Source: a plasmid
DNA: 64,000 nucleotides
Reading direction: 5' to 3' (one strand)
Sequence record: CP080654.1
The translations under genes were made by a program, and so were the position numbers. The notes below the pieces were generated by a model, which was not told the origin of the DNA, searched no databases, and saw nothing but the letters and a program-made list of their open reading frames with translations. Shown piece by piece: positions 1-11,426 of this stretch. The stretch's first letter is position 1. The number at the start of each line of letters is the position of its first letter.

Positions 1-2
1 GG

Positions 3-152
3 AAATACCGGGGCCGGGTGGCTGATGCGCAGAAACATGAACTGATACGTACCCTGCGCCTGGTCAACGGAAAATCGCTGCGCGAAACAGCTCGCCTGGC
101 TGGCGTTTCTAAAATGACAGTGATTCGGGTCTGCTCCAGCGCTGATAAATAA
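3..152 (+). CDS. 3' end of a gene encoding a helix-turn-helix C-terminal domain (..ELIRTLRLVNGKSLRETARLAGVSKMTVIRV..), resembling the HTH tail of a site-specific recombinase/resolvase or IS regulatory protein; 5' part lies outside the window
   Basis: Open frame from the window edge to TAA at 150-152; typical HTH residue pattern; no further support. Confidence 0.3.
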   Translation, partial: KYRGRVADAQKHELIRTLRLVNGKSLRETARLAGVSKMTVIRVCSSADK

Positions 153-250
153 CACTTACATCGGGTAGAATTCGTTTGTCCGGTATCAGTATCAGTGATT
201 ATCTGAGACAGAGCGGGACTGGCCGAACGACTGAAAGGCATTTGTGATCT

Positions 251-661
251 ATGAAAATTAATTTATACGGGGAAGGTATGAAAACAGTGTCAGGAGTGTT
301 GGTGTATCTCGCGGTATGTTTTCTGGTATTTACAGCATGGCTGATCTGCTTTGCGCAGCACGCTCCGTTTCCGGGAGGCGAACAAGCTTTGACTTTAACT
401 TATCTACTTAATGTATTCTTCGTATATTTTTTGATGGTACCCTTTATCCACTTCTTTCAGGTAGAGACATATTACAAAGCTTTGATGGGCCTAGCTGATG
501 GTACTGAACATATAATACAGTTCTATGAGGAAGTGCCTGTCATGTTGATATACCTTTTATCCGCAGGTTTAACTTTGTTCTTTTATTTCATACCCTTAAA
601 ACTTTTCTTTAATAAAAAATTAAAATTACAATTACAGCAAAAACAAAGGAAAGATATTTAG
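251..661 (+). CDS. Hypothetical small membrane protein (136 aa, 3-4 predicted TM helices), AT-rich
   Basis: ORF track; hydrophobic segments; no recognisable family. Confidence 0.3.
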   Translation: MKINLYGEGMKTVSGVLVYLAVCFLVFTAWLICFAQHAPFPGGEQALTLTYLLNVFFVYFLMVPFIHFFQVETYYKALMGLADGTEHIIQFYEEVPVMLIYLLSAGLTLFFYFIPLKLFFNKKLKLQLQQKQRKDI

Positions 662-1013
662 ACGGCTAATACCTGAGATGAATAAGTCAACAACCAACGG
701 ATATCCGTCAACGAGATCAGTTTAACCAATTTATTGAACACTCATAACCCAAATAATCATGCGACTGCGCGCTGCCACGGAAACGCGTAAAAATCAGAAC
801 TGAAAGAGGGAAGACGGATGACGGACCAGAAACACAATGATGCCTATTCGCGCTGGTTAATTGAATAGGCAGACAGAGAAGAAAAGGAAGAATTCTCGCG
901 TTCGTTCAGCAGACTGAAATGCATCCTGTTAAATATCGTGGTGTTCGGTATCATTTCACTGGGCGTTTGCCTGGCTGTTCAGCAGGTGACGCATTGACAT
1001 CCACCCCGGCACA

Positions 1014-1208
1014 CAGGGCGAGAGCATGAGTTGATTTTTTGTTGTTTTTCATGATGAGATAGGTGGCTCGGCCAATGCTGAACAAATTTGAGATCGCATT
1101 TTCAGCACACCCCTGTACAAAATACGAGCAGAAAATGCAATTGCACCTTGGGATGACAGTGGTTAAATTTTTTTGGTTAACATGTCAGTAACTCATGCTC
1201 TCGCCCTG
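1014..1208. mobile_element. 195-bp MITE-like element with perfect 19-bp terminal inverted repeats (cagggcgagagcatgagtt ... aactcatgctctcgccctg). The repeats match the terminal repeat of the downstream ISAs1-family IS
   Basis: Perfect TIRs read directly at 1014-1032 and 1190-1208; no coding capacity; TIR core gggcgagagc(a/g)tga shared with the IS end at 13233-13253. Confidence 0.6.
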
Positions 1209-1317
1209 AGTTCGCACCTTCCGCTACTTCGACAGTTGTGTAAAAAACCGTGCTCGTTGATAACCAGAAGGTGCGGTACTGAAAAACTATTGCTTGCAAC
1301 AATTTGCTCAAACGTCA

Positions 1318-1677
1318 CTATGGCTTTTCATGGTTTTTAACCCATTTTTGCATCTGGTCGATTTCTGGTTGCTGGGCTTTGATAATATCTTCTGCCAGCT
1401 TTCGCATTTCAGGATCCTTACCAAATTTAAGCTGCGTTTCAGACATTTGAATGGCACCTTGATGGTGGGCAATCATCCCTTTTGCAAAGGCAACATCTGG
1501 ATCAGAGGACATCACTCCTGCCATCATGTCGTTATGCATACTTTTCATACCAGACATCAACTCTTGAGAAGCTGGAGACATGGAATGGTGATCGCCCATC
1601 GGCATGGTTTTGTCAACCGCAAAAACAGCAACAGGAGACATTAATAGGGCGGTCAGTATCAATATTTTTTTGTTCAT
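1318..1677 (-). CDS. DUF305-family periplasmic protein (119 aa) with N-terminal signal peptide
   Basis: MNKKILILTALLMSPVAVFA signal peptide; conserved MIAHHQGAIQM motif typical of DUF305. Confidence 0.65.
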   Translation of the reverse strand: MNKKILILTALLMSPVAVFAVDKTMPMGDHHSMSPASQELMSGMKSMHNDMMAGVMSSDPDVAFAKGMIAHHQGAIQMSETQLKFGKDPEMRKLAEDIIKAQQPEIDQMQKWVKNHEKP

Positions 1678-1848
1678 TTTACTACCTCTTAAAGAAAACT
1701 CGTTCGCTGAGAAGTATTTACTTATCTCACTTCAAGTTACCTGACTATTGGACTTTGGCCTACAAGAAACTCGAATTATTCAGAGTGTAGATGGCGTTGT
1801 TTCCCAAATCAACCATCAAGCCACGACTGCCCCAGCCCCAAGTGACCG

Positions 1849-2094
1849 TTACACTCGGCGCTTTCTGACAGGCAGACCAAGGGGGTTCAGTTTGTTGATT
1901 GCACCAACATACGCCATCACTTCCCCTACCTGACCGTTGTATGTTCGCAGACTGATTTTGCCCGTCATCAACTGCTTGAACCGATACATCGCCGTCTCTG
2001 CCTGCGAGCGACGGTGATATCCCGATATCTTCTTCCAGTGCACCAGCCCTTCCTTGCGCATCACCAGCACCGCCTCATTTACGCCCCAGGGCAA
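1849..2094 (-). pseudogene. 3' fragment of an IS5-family (IS903-group) transposase gene, truncated by insertion of the ISAs1-family IS
   Basis: ..YHRRSQAETAMYRFKQLMTGKISLRTYNGQVGEVMAYVGAINKLN.. matches the conserved C-terminus of IS903-type transposases; only about 80 codons remain. Confidence 0.55.
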
Positions 2095-2180
2095 GATCGC
2101 GAACGTTTTTTGACCAAGAAAAACAGGTTTGACCCTGCGATCCAGCTGTGATCTTATGCTCCTTTTTCAGGAGTGCCTTC

Positions 2181-3287
2181 ATGTCTATTGATGCTGTTTT
2201 TGCTCAGTTTTTCGATGATATTCCCGACCCTCGCCAGCATGCCAAGATTTATTATCCTTTCTACGATGTCCTGTTTCTCACCGTCTGCGCAGTGATAGGT
2301 GGCGCAGACGGGTGGGAAGATATTGAAGATTTCGGTGAGGTTCATCTTCCTTGGTTTCAATCCAAGGGGCTGTTTAAAAATGGTATTCCTGTCCATGACA
2401 CCATCGCCAGGATCATCTCCGGTATCAAACCAGAGCCGTTTCAGGCCGCGTTCGTACGTTGGACTCAAGCCATCAACCAGCACACCGAAGGCGCCTTGGT
2501 CGCTATCGATGGCAAAACCCTGCGCAGTTCCTATAACCGTGAAGATCGAACGTCGACCATTCACATGGTAAGCGCCTATGCCGCCGCTAATAAACTGGTG
2601 CTCGGACAGATAAAAACCGACGCCAAGTCCAATGAAATCACCGCCATTCCCGACTTGTTGGCGTTGCTCGACATCAAAGGCTGCCTGGTATCCATCGATG
2701 CGATGGGGTGCCAAACCGAGATCGCCGAGACCATCCTCCAGCAAAGTGGCGATTACTTGTTAGCCGTCAAAGGCAACCAGCCCAAGTTGTTCGAGGCGGT
2801 CCGGCAAGCCCTGGCCCCGCTGGCGGCTACCCCATTATGCGCAGCAACGATGACTCTTGATAAGGCTCATGGGCGCATCGATGGTCGTGAGTACCATATC
2901 ATGGCGGCGGGTGAGTTAGCCGCCCAGTTTCCTCATTGGGAACAGTTGCGCAGTATTGGCGTGGCCATCTCTTATCGCATTGAAAAAAGGGAAAAAATCA
3001 CTATTGAACAGCGTTATTACATCAGTTCCAAAGCACTGACGCGGGATGAGTTTGCACGATCGGTGCGTGGGCACTGGGCCATCGAAAATAGCCTGCACTG
3101 GGTGCTGGACGTCACGATGGGCGAGGACGATTGCCCAATTTATCGCGGTGATGCCGCAGAGATCCTTGCGTGCATCCGGCACATGGGGCTGAACATGCTC
3201 AGGGCTGAAACTTCACGCAAAGCGAGCATCAGACGGAAGCAAAAGATTGCAGGAATGAGCAGTGAATACCTGGAAAAGGTACTCAAT
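2181..3287 (+). pseudogene. tnpA: ISAs1-family (H-repeat-associated) transposase, interrupted 17 codons before its stop by Tn4401. The listed ORF 2148..3365 reads through into the Tn4401 IR
   Basis: Strong family resemblance (MSIDAVFAQFFDDIPDPRQ.. start; ..RGHWAIENSLHWVLDVTMGEDD.. DDE region); reading frame resumes at 13200. Confidence 0.75.
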
Positions 3288-3326
3288 GGGGGGGTAAGCG
3301 GGAACCCCAGAAAATTCCGCCATTCC
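3288..3326. repeat. Tn4401 right terminal inverted repeat (IRR)
   Basis: Tn3-family-like 39-bp IR starting with a G run; mirrored at 13156-13194. Confidence 0.8.
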
Positions 3327-3579
3327 GCATTGTGGAATTTTTTGGGGGGGTGGTCCGCGGCATGACGACCCGCCAAAGGCTACCGCATCTATCTGAGGCG
3401 CTGTGGCGCGACGCTGAAACCCCGGGGAATTCCGCTACTCCAGTTCCAGGTCCGCAATAGTTCGTCCAGGTCGGGTGGCGTACGCCGGAAACGCCGATTT
3501 TTCCGCAACCGTTTCTGCGTTGTCGGCAAGGTGGTCTCAGAGAGCGCTCAAGAAGCGGTTTTTCTCGTATGTTTAGCTA

Positions 3580-5136
3580 CGGTGGCCTAGGAGCCTGCGC
3601 GGCAGAAGCCAAATCGGCGGAAGATCGAGGACGATACGGGGATGGCTGCCAGTTACCTTCCTTACCGACCCGACCAATCCTATCTGCTGCCCCCTTCTCT
3701 GGGAGAGTGGCTACCTGAAGGGCATCTTGCCTACTTCATCAGCGAGACTGTCGATACGCTGGACTTGAGCGCATTCCACGCCCGGTATGCCGGCGGTGGT
3801 CCGGGCAATCAGCCGTTTCATCCGGCGATGATGGTCAAAGTGCTGATCTATGGTTACGCGAGCGGCGTCTTCTCTTCGCGCAAACTAGCCAGGAAGCTGT
3901 ACGAGGATGTCGCGTTGCGTGTGCTGGCCGCTGGAAACTTCCCGGCCCACCGCACGCTGAGTGACTTCCGTGCCCTACACCTGACCGAGCTTGAGAATTT
4001 GTTCGTTCAGGTGGTGCAACTGGCGCGCGAATGTGGGCTGGTGAAGCTTGGCACGATCGCGGTCGACGGCACCAAGGTAAAAGCCAACGCCAGCCGCCAC
4101 AAGGCGATGAGCTATAAGCGCATGAAGCCGGCCGAGGACGAATTGCATTGCGAGATCAAGGCGCTGCTTGATCGCGCCAAGGCTACCGACGACCAGGAGC
4201 GTAACGAGCCGGAGCTGGACATTCCTGCCGAGATTTCTCGCCGCGAGAAGCGCCTGGAGGCGATCCAGGCGGCAAAGGCGCGCCTGGAAGCGCGCCAGCG
4301 TGAAGCGGACCAGGCCCGGGGGCGCAGCGAAGACGATGGCCGCCGGCCTCGCCATCCGGATGGCTCGGACAAGGGCGGTGGCTCGTACAAACGCGAGTTT
4401 GGTGTGCCGGATGACCGTGATCAGGAAAGCTTCACCGATCCGGACAGCCGGATCATGAAACACGCCGGTGGTGGCTCCGAGCAGAGCTACAACGGGTACA
4501 CAGCGGTCGATGCCGAGCACCAGATCATCGTGGCGGCGGAGTTGACCAACTGCGCCGCGGACAGTCAGGCGCTGCTGGGCATGCTGGCAGCAGTTCAGGC
4601 CAACACCGGAGAAATGCCGGCCCAGACGCTGGCGGATGCGGGATTCCGTAGTGAGGCTGTTCTGGCAAAGGTCGCCGATCACCACGGCGATGTCATCGTT
4701 GCCCTCGGCCGCGAGGGACGTGAAGATGCCAAGGTCAATGCCAAGACCCATCCGCATACGGCGGCGATTGCGGCGAAATTGAAAACGGAGCAAGGCGATG
4801 CAGCTTACCGCCGGCGCAAGTCGATCGTGGAGGCTCCGAATGGTTGGATCAAGGCGGTGATGGGATTGCGTCAGTTCAGCATGAGGGGCCTGGACAAGGT
4901 GCAAGCCGAGTGGAAGCTCGTCTGCATGGCGCTAAATCTGAGGCGAATGGCGTATCTGTGAGGGCGAAGGTTAAATGGGGCGGCTCAAATGCACCCCAGT
5001 CGTCATAACACGCCGCGCGCCGCAAGATTGGTATCCTTGGCGCCGACGCCTTGCCAATTGCAGAGAGCGCCGCCGCCATCGTCAGTGCTCTACAGAAAAC
5101 CGGTCACACGGCTCTGCCGCGCAGACTCCTAGCCTA
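3580..5136 (+). mobile_element. IS1182-family insertion sequence (ISKpn6-like) within Tn4401
   Basis: Imperfect terminal IRs ggcctaggagcctgcgcggcagaagcc (3584-3610) and the reverse complement of ggctctgccgcgcagactcctagcc (5110-5134); encloses a 439-aa transposase gene. Confidence 0.55.
3642..4961 (+). CDS. tnpA: IS1182-family DDE transposase (439 aa)
   Basis: Family-typical N-terminus (..FHPAMMVKVLIYGYASGVFSSRKLA..) and DDE region. Confidence 0.8.
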   Translation: MAASYLPYRPDQSYLLPPSLGEWLPEGHLAYFISETVDTLDLSAFHARYAGGGPGNQPFHPAMMVKVLIYGYASGVFSSRKLARKLYEDVALRVLAAGNFPAHRTLSDFRALHLTELENLFVQVVQLARECGLVKLGTIAVDGTKVKANASRHKAMSYKRMKPAEDELHCEIKALLDRAKATDDQERNEPELDIPAEISRREKRLEAIQAAKARLEARQREADQARGRSEDDGRRPRHPDGSDKGGGSYKREFGVPDDRDQESFTDPDSRIMKHAGGGSEQSYNGYTAVDAEHQIIVAAELTNCAADSQALLGMLAAVQANTGEMPAQTLADAGFRSEAVLAKVADHHGDVIVALGREGREDAKVNAKTHPHTAAIAAKLKTEQGDAAYRRRKSIVEAPNGWIKAVMGLRQFSMRGLDKVQAEWKLVCMALNLRRMAYL

Positions 5137-5210
5137 AATGTGACAGTGGTTGGTAATCCATGCCGCCCGCAAGGGCGGCGGTGGTGGGCCAATAGATGAT
5201 TTTCAGAGCC

Positions 5211-6092
5211 TTACTGCCCGTTGACGCCCAATCCCTCGAGCGCGAGTCTAGCCGCAGCGGCGATGACGGCCTCGCTGTGCTTGTCATCCTTGTTAGGCGC
5301 CCGGGTGTAGACGGCCAACACAATAGGTGCGCGCCCAGTGGGCCAGACGACGGCATAGTCATTTGCCGTGCCATACACTCCGCAGGTTCCGGTTTTGTCT
5401 CCGACTGCCCAGTCTGCCGGCACCGCCGCGCGGATGCGGTGGTTGCCGGTCGTGTTTCCCTTTAGCCAATCAACAAACTGCTGCCGCTGCGGCGCAGCCA
5501 GTGCAGAGCCCAGTGTCAGTTTTTGTAAGCTTTCCGTCACGGCGCGCGGCGATGAGGTATCGCGCGCATCGCCTGGGATGGCGGAGTTCAGCTCCAGCTC
5601 CCAGCGGTCCAGACGGAACGTGGTATCGCCGATAGAGCGCATGAAGGCCGTCAGCCCGGCCGGGCCGCCCAACTCCTTCAGCAACAAATTGGCGGCGGCG
5701 TTATCACTGTATTGCACGGCGGCCGCGGACAGCTCCGCCACCGTCATGCCTGTTGTCAGATATTTTTCCGAGATGGGTGACCACGGAACCAGCGCATTTT
5801 TGCCGTAACGGATGGGTGTGTCCAGCAAGCCGGCCTGCTGCTGGCTGCGAGCCAGCACAGCGGCAGCAAGAAAGCCCTTGAATGAGCTGCACAGTGGGAA
5901 GCGCTCCTCAGCGCGGTAACTTACAGTTGCGCCTGAGCCGGTATCCATCGCGTACACACCGATGGAGCCGCCAAAGTCCTGTTCGAGTTTAGCGAATGGT
6001 TCCGCGACGAGGTTGGTCAGCGCGGTGGCAGAAAAGCCAGCCAGCGGCCATGAGAGACAAGACAGCAGAACTAGACGGCGATACAGTGACAT
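5211..6092 (-). CDS. blaKPC: Class A carbapenemase KPC (293 aa). Diagnostic position 272 is His, as in KPC-2 rather than KPC-3
   Basis: Near-identity to KPC over the full length ([50 protein letters not shown]...SxxK, SDN, KTG motifs). The listed ORF starts one Met earlier (MMSLY). Confidence 0.95.
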
Positions 6093-6379
6093 CAACGATA
6101 TTCCTTGTTTGAAGGTGGAGCTAGGTGTAGCGGCCGGATGTAATCAGGCCGCTACAGCTGGGATTATCACCGAGCTTGAAAAACGAATCAGGTCGGCGTT
6201 CATGGGTCGGCCACCTCGCCTGACCTCGGCATCCACGTTACGGACGGCCTCAGGAAGTCCTGGCCAAGCCCCGACTATTGGGGCGCGAAGATAGCACCGA
6301 GGGTACGCCGGTGTCAACACCAACTGAAAACTGACCCACTTTACCCCTGAATCACCAAAGTAATACTGACCCACCTGGA

Positions 6380-8205
<1,826 letters not shown>

Positions 8206-8287
8206 ACTAGCCCAGGTGGATCAGTTTTACTTCGCTGGGGTGGGTCAGTTTTACACTGCTGCTAACACGGAACCGCTGAAAATTCCG

Positions 8288-11200
8288 TCACTCCAGTTCC
8301 AGGCCTGCGACGATCGCATCGAGATCGATCGTCTTGCCGCTGCTTTGAAAGGTGTAGTGCCCGTTGAGCAGGATGTGCCGCCATGCCGCAGGCGAAATTT
8401 TTGTGATGAGTGCCAGCGCCTTGCTGTTGCCGGCCGCCTCGTACTTGGTCACCAGCCGCGACAAGATTGCCGAGTTGTAGAAAATGATCGTGTTGGCGAT
8501 CAGCCGTGCGCACTGGTTGCTGATCTCGATTTCAATGTCGGTGCGACCGGTCAGTTCCTTCTTACCGCCGACCTGGGCAATGGCCGAGCGTAGCTGATGG
8601 TAGGACTCGAGGCGATTTTGCGAGCGGTGCACGTTGCGTTCCAGTTGCGGATCGCGCAGGTAGCGAAGCGTGTAGATGCTGCGGATGAGCTTGTCGAACT
8701 CGAAGATCGCGCGCCGCGTCGGGTTCGTCGTGGTGTAGGTGCACAGCTTGCGGATCAGCGTGCCCTGCGTCATTTCCTTCAGCCCGAGTGTGGCGACGAT
8801 CCGGTCGATGTTCGGCTTCTCGCGATGGATGAGATCGCAGTCGATTTTCCCGACTGGCCGAATCAGGCACGCCTGATACTGTGCTGGATCGTCAGCGCAG
8901 TAGAGTTCTTTCAATTGCGCGTTGAGGTCGGTGAAGCGCGGCTCGAACCGCCGGCCAAACCAATGCAGGATGGCGAAGTTGGCCTTGTTGACGCTGTGCA
9001 TGTCGCCGGTGATCGCGGTCGGCATGATGTCCGACGTGTTGCGATACCAGATGTCGAACACGTGGTGGGCCTCGTAGTCGTGCGCGCCGATCAGGTAGCC
9101 GTTGAGCGGGATGTGGTTGCACAGCAGCGTGTAGGCGACCACGCCCTTGCCGCGCCCGAAGTACTTGCGCGAATAGCGCGCCTTCACGGTCGGCCGTTCG
9201 ACGCTGAATTTCTGCCCGTCGACGGCACCGTACAGCGTTTCGAGGTCGAACGAGTAGTATGGGAAGATCGGTAGCGTGGCGATGGCGTTGCTGATGCAGT
9301 CGTTGGCCGCGTGCAGCGTTGCCTGGCGCAGGTACTGCTGGTAGCCGCTATCCAGCACGTGGTACGGGATGTCGCTGGTGCGCGCCATGACGTGGTTGCC
9401 GTGGTTCATCGCTTGCGCGATGATGACCGCCATCAGGCTGTCAGCGTCGGCGACCTTCTTCGCGTAGCGCGGCTGCATGGGCGTGAACGCCGACAGAAAC
9501 TTGCACTCGTCGTTGACGAAGCGAAACACGTCGGCCACGTCGCAGAACGGAAGCTTCTCGTAGAATGCCTTTTCGCGCGCTTTCTCATTCTCGCTCTTGG
9601 GCTTGCGCCAGGTCAGTTTCTGCGTGTCCTTGTTGTATTCGAGGTGCGTCAGCTTGCCCTGTTTCAGCTCGCGGTTGAACGCCAGCCACTGCGTGCGCAG
9701 TTCGGCAGTCAGCGCATCGAGTTGGGCATGGACGGGTTGCTGCAGGAAGGGGATCTCCATTTTTGCGAGCACATCGATCTTCCTGTCCATCTCAACCAGT
9801 TCATCTGAGAAGTGCCGGTGTTGCAGGCTGTCGTCGAGGTAGAGTTCACCCGATTGGAGACGCTTCCTGATCTGGCGGTACAGCCAGAACTCGTAGCGGT
9901 CAGCGTGCAGGCCGGTTGGTTTACCGTCGGCGTCGAAGGTCAGCAGGTACGGCCGCAAGCGTTTCGGAAGTGTCGCCGCGGGCCACTCGTCGAGTGGCCG
10001 TTGCGACAGCCGCTGCTGCTTGGCAAAAACACCTTTGGCCCAGGCCAGCGCGGCAAGCCATGGACTGTCTGGATTGGAGCCGGAGAGGTCGAGCGCAACG
10101 TACAGTGGACGAAGATGGCGGCGCATGCGGTCGGCCAGCCCGTCCACCGCCTGCCACTGCAAGGCCAGCTTGCTCGCCGGCTTCACGCTCATACGCTGCG
10201 CCGTGGTTTGCAGCGTATCGCGAGGCATGATCTTGTAGGCGCGCTGCCGCACCTCGCCGAAGGGCGTGGGATCGGCCACGCTATCATCAACGTAGAGTGA
10301 CAGCAGGCGGCCTACCCGCGGCGTTTCCTGCTGACGGCGCACCTGCTCGTCGGCAAAGGATTGTTTGGCACCAGCGCTGCTTTCGTCCTCCAACTGCTTC
10401 ATGTGGTACGCCATCGCATCGACCAGGTTGTCGGAGAGCTGCCGGTAGCGTACCCAGGCATAGCACAGCAGGTAGAGTTGGGTCTGATCGGCCTTCAGAT
10501 TGCGCAGGTCGTGGACGGTGTAGAAGTTTGCCAGGCTCGCGTAGTACAGCAGGTTCTGCTGCGAGACGTCGAGTTTAGGCAGCAGTGTCTTGGCGATTGC
10601 GTGCAGCGGCTCCAGCGTGGCGCGCTTTTCGCGCTCGCGGACCATCTGGCGCCAGCCGAAATTCTTGGCGTCCTGCTTGAGCGCCGCCAGTTGCGACAGG
10701 GTGTCATCACGGACCAGAAGCTGGCTCAGCGCGGCCTTGGCAGATTCGTCCAACGCTTGCTCCAGCAGATTGCCCAGGCGCCGGCGCTCGGCGGATAGCG
10801 TTTCGCTGACCAACTCTTGCAAGGTCGTATAGCCGGGCCGGATAATCTTGTGCTCATTGAGCCAGACGATCAGCTCGGCGGCGACGAACCCCGGCGTTAC
10901 GTCACGCCGCACGGTCCGTGCGGCCTGCTGCTCGAGCTGCGGCAGGAAGGCGGCCGACCACGGCCAGTAGCCGAATAGTTTGGCGATCTGCTCGCGCTGG
11001 GTGTAGCGTTCATGCTTGGTGATCGCCTTGGGTTCGAACACCTCGCCGTGGAAATAGCGGCTCAGCACGAAAGCGCAATCGTCCTCGACTTCGTCCCAGT
11101 CGAAACTGAAGAAGGCATGCTTGGCCTTGAAGTAGCCGATCTGCAAGAGGCAATAGACCTTGGCATGAAGACTGGGCCGGCTGTTGGCAAGCGCCAACTC

Positions 11201-11317
11201 GGTTTCTGTCACAGCCAGATATTCCAGCTGCTGCGCATCATCGAACTCCGGCAGGCCATACAAGGCCTCCTGTTCGGCGTCGGATAGGACGCTGAGTAGC
11301 TTGTTCTTCTTGCTCAT
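8288..11317 (-). CDS. tnpA: Tn3-family transposase TnpA of Tn4401 (1009 aa)
   Basis: Length and conserved Tn3-family DDE transposase features; the C-terminus overlaps an IR-like sequence (..AGLELE*). Confidence 0.9.
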   Translation of the reverse strand: MSKKNKLLSVLSDAEQEALYGLPEFDDAQQLEYLAVTETELALANSRPSLHAKVYCLLQIGYFKAKHAFFSFDWDEVEDDCAFVLSRYFHGEVFEPKAITKHERYTQREQIAKLFGYWPWSAAFLPQLEQQAARTVRRDVTPGFVAAELIVWLNEHKIIRPGYTTLQELVSETLSAERRRLGNLLEQALDESAKAALSQLLVRDDTLSQLAALKQDAKNFGWRQMVREREKRATLEPLHAIAKTLLPKLDVSQQNLLYYASLANFYTVHDLRNLKADQTQLYLLCYAWVRYRQLSDNLVDAMAYHMKQLEDESSAGAKQSFADEQVRRQQETPRVGRLLSLYVDDSVADPTPFGEVRQRAYKIMPRDTLQTTAQRMSVKPASKLALQWQAVDGLADRMRRHLRPLYVALDLSGSNPDSPWLAALAWAKGVFAKQQRLSQRPLDEWPAATLPKRLRPYLLTFDADGKPTGLHADRYEFWLYRQIRKRLQSGELYLDDSLQHRHFSDELVEMDRKIDVLAKMEIPFLQQPVHAQLDALTAELRTQWLAFNRELKQGKLTHLEYNKDTQKLTWRKPKSENEKAREKAFYEKLPFCDVADVFRFVNDECKFLSAFTPMQPRYAKKVADADSLMAVIIAQAMNHGNHVMARTSDIPYHVLDSGYQQYLRQATLHAANDCISNAIATLPIFPYYSFDLETLYGAVDGQKFSVERPTVKARYSRKYFGRGKGVVAYTLLCNHIPLNGYLIGAHDYEAHHVFDIWYRNTSDIMPTAITGDMHSVNKANFAILHWFGRRFEPRFTDLNAQLKELYCADDPAQYQACLIRPVGKIDCDLIHREKPNIDRIVATLGLKEMTQGTLIRKLCTYTTTNPTRRAIFEFDKLIRSIYTLRYLRDPQLERNVHRSQNRLESYHQLRSAIAQVGGKKELTGRTDIEIEISNQCARLIANTIIFYNSAILSRLVTKYEAAGNSKALALITKISPAAWRHILLNGHYTFQSSGKTIDLDAIVAGLELE

Positions 11318-11426
11318 GGCCCGTTCTTGCTATCTTGAGGTTTCGTAGAAACATGGGGCATTTTCGATTCTACTGAAATAATCGTTATTATCGCGTTACT
11401 CGCTTTTCGAATCGCAACCTGTCCAT
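11318..11426. promoter_or_regulatory. Divergent tnpA / recombinase intergenic region; candidate resolution (res) site and promoters
   Basis: Imperfect inverted repeats (ttttcgattctac ... cgcttttcgaatcgcaa) in a 109-bp AT-richer gap between divergent genes. Confidence 0.35.

Noticed and set aside
895-978. Short hydrophobic peptide frame (..LKCILLNIVVFGIISLGVCLAVQQVTH*) resembling a type I toxin
   Set aside because: No in-frame ATG/GTG start with a ribosome-binding site, no obvious antisense RNA partner; too weak to call.
2154-2744. 196-aa minus-strand ORF opposite the ISAs1 transposase
   Set aside because: Antisense shadow ORF.
3288-3365. C-terminal 26 codons of the listed ISAs1 transposase ORF (..GVSGNPRKFRHSALWNFLGGWSAA)
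   Set aside because: These codons are translation of the Tn4401 IRR; the native C-terminus (AGLNKLGEF*) lies beyond the transposon at 13200-13229.
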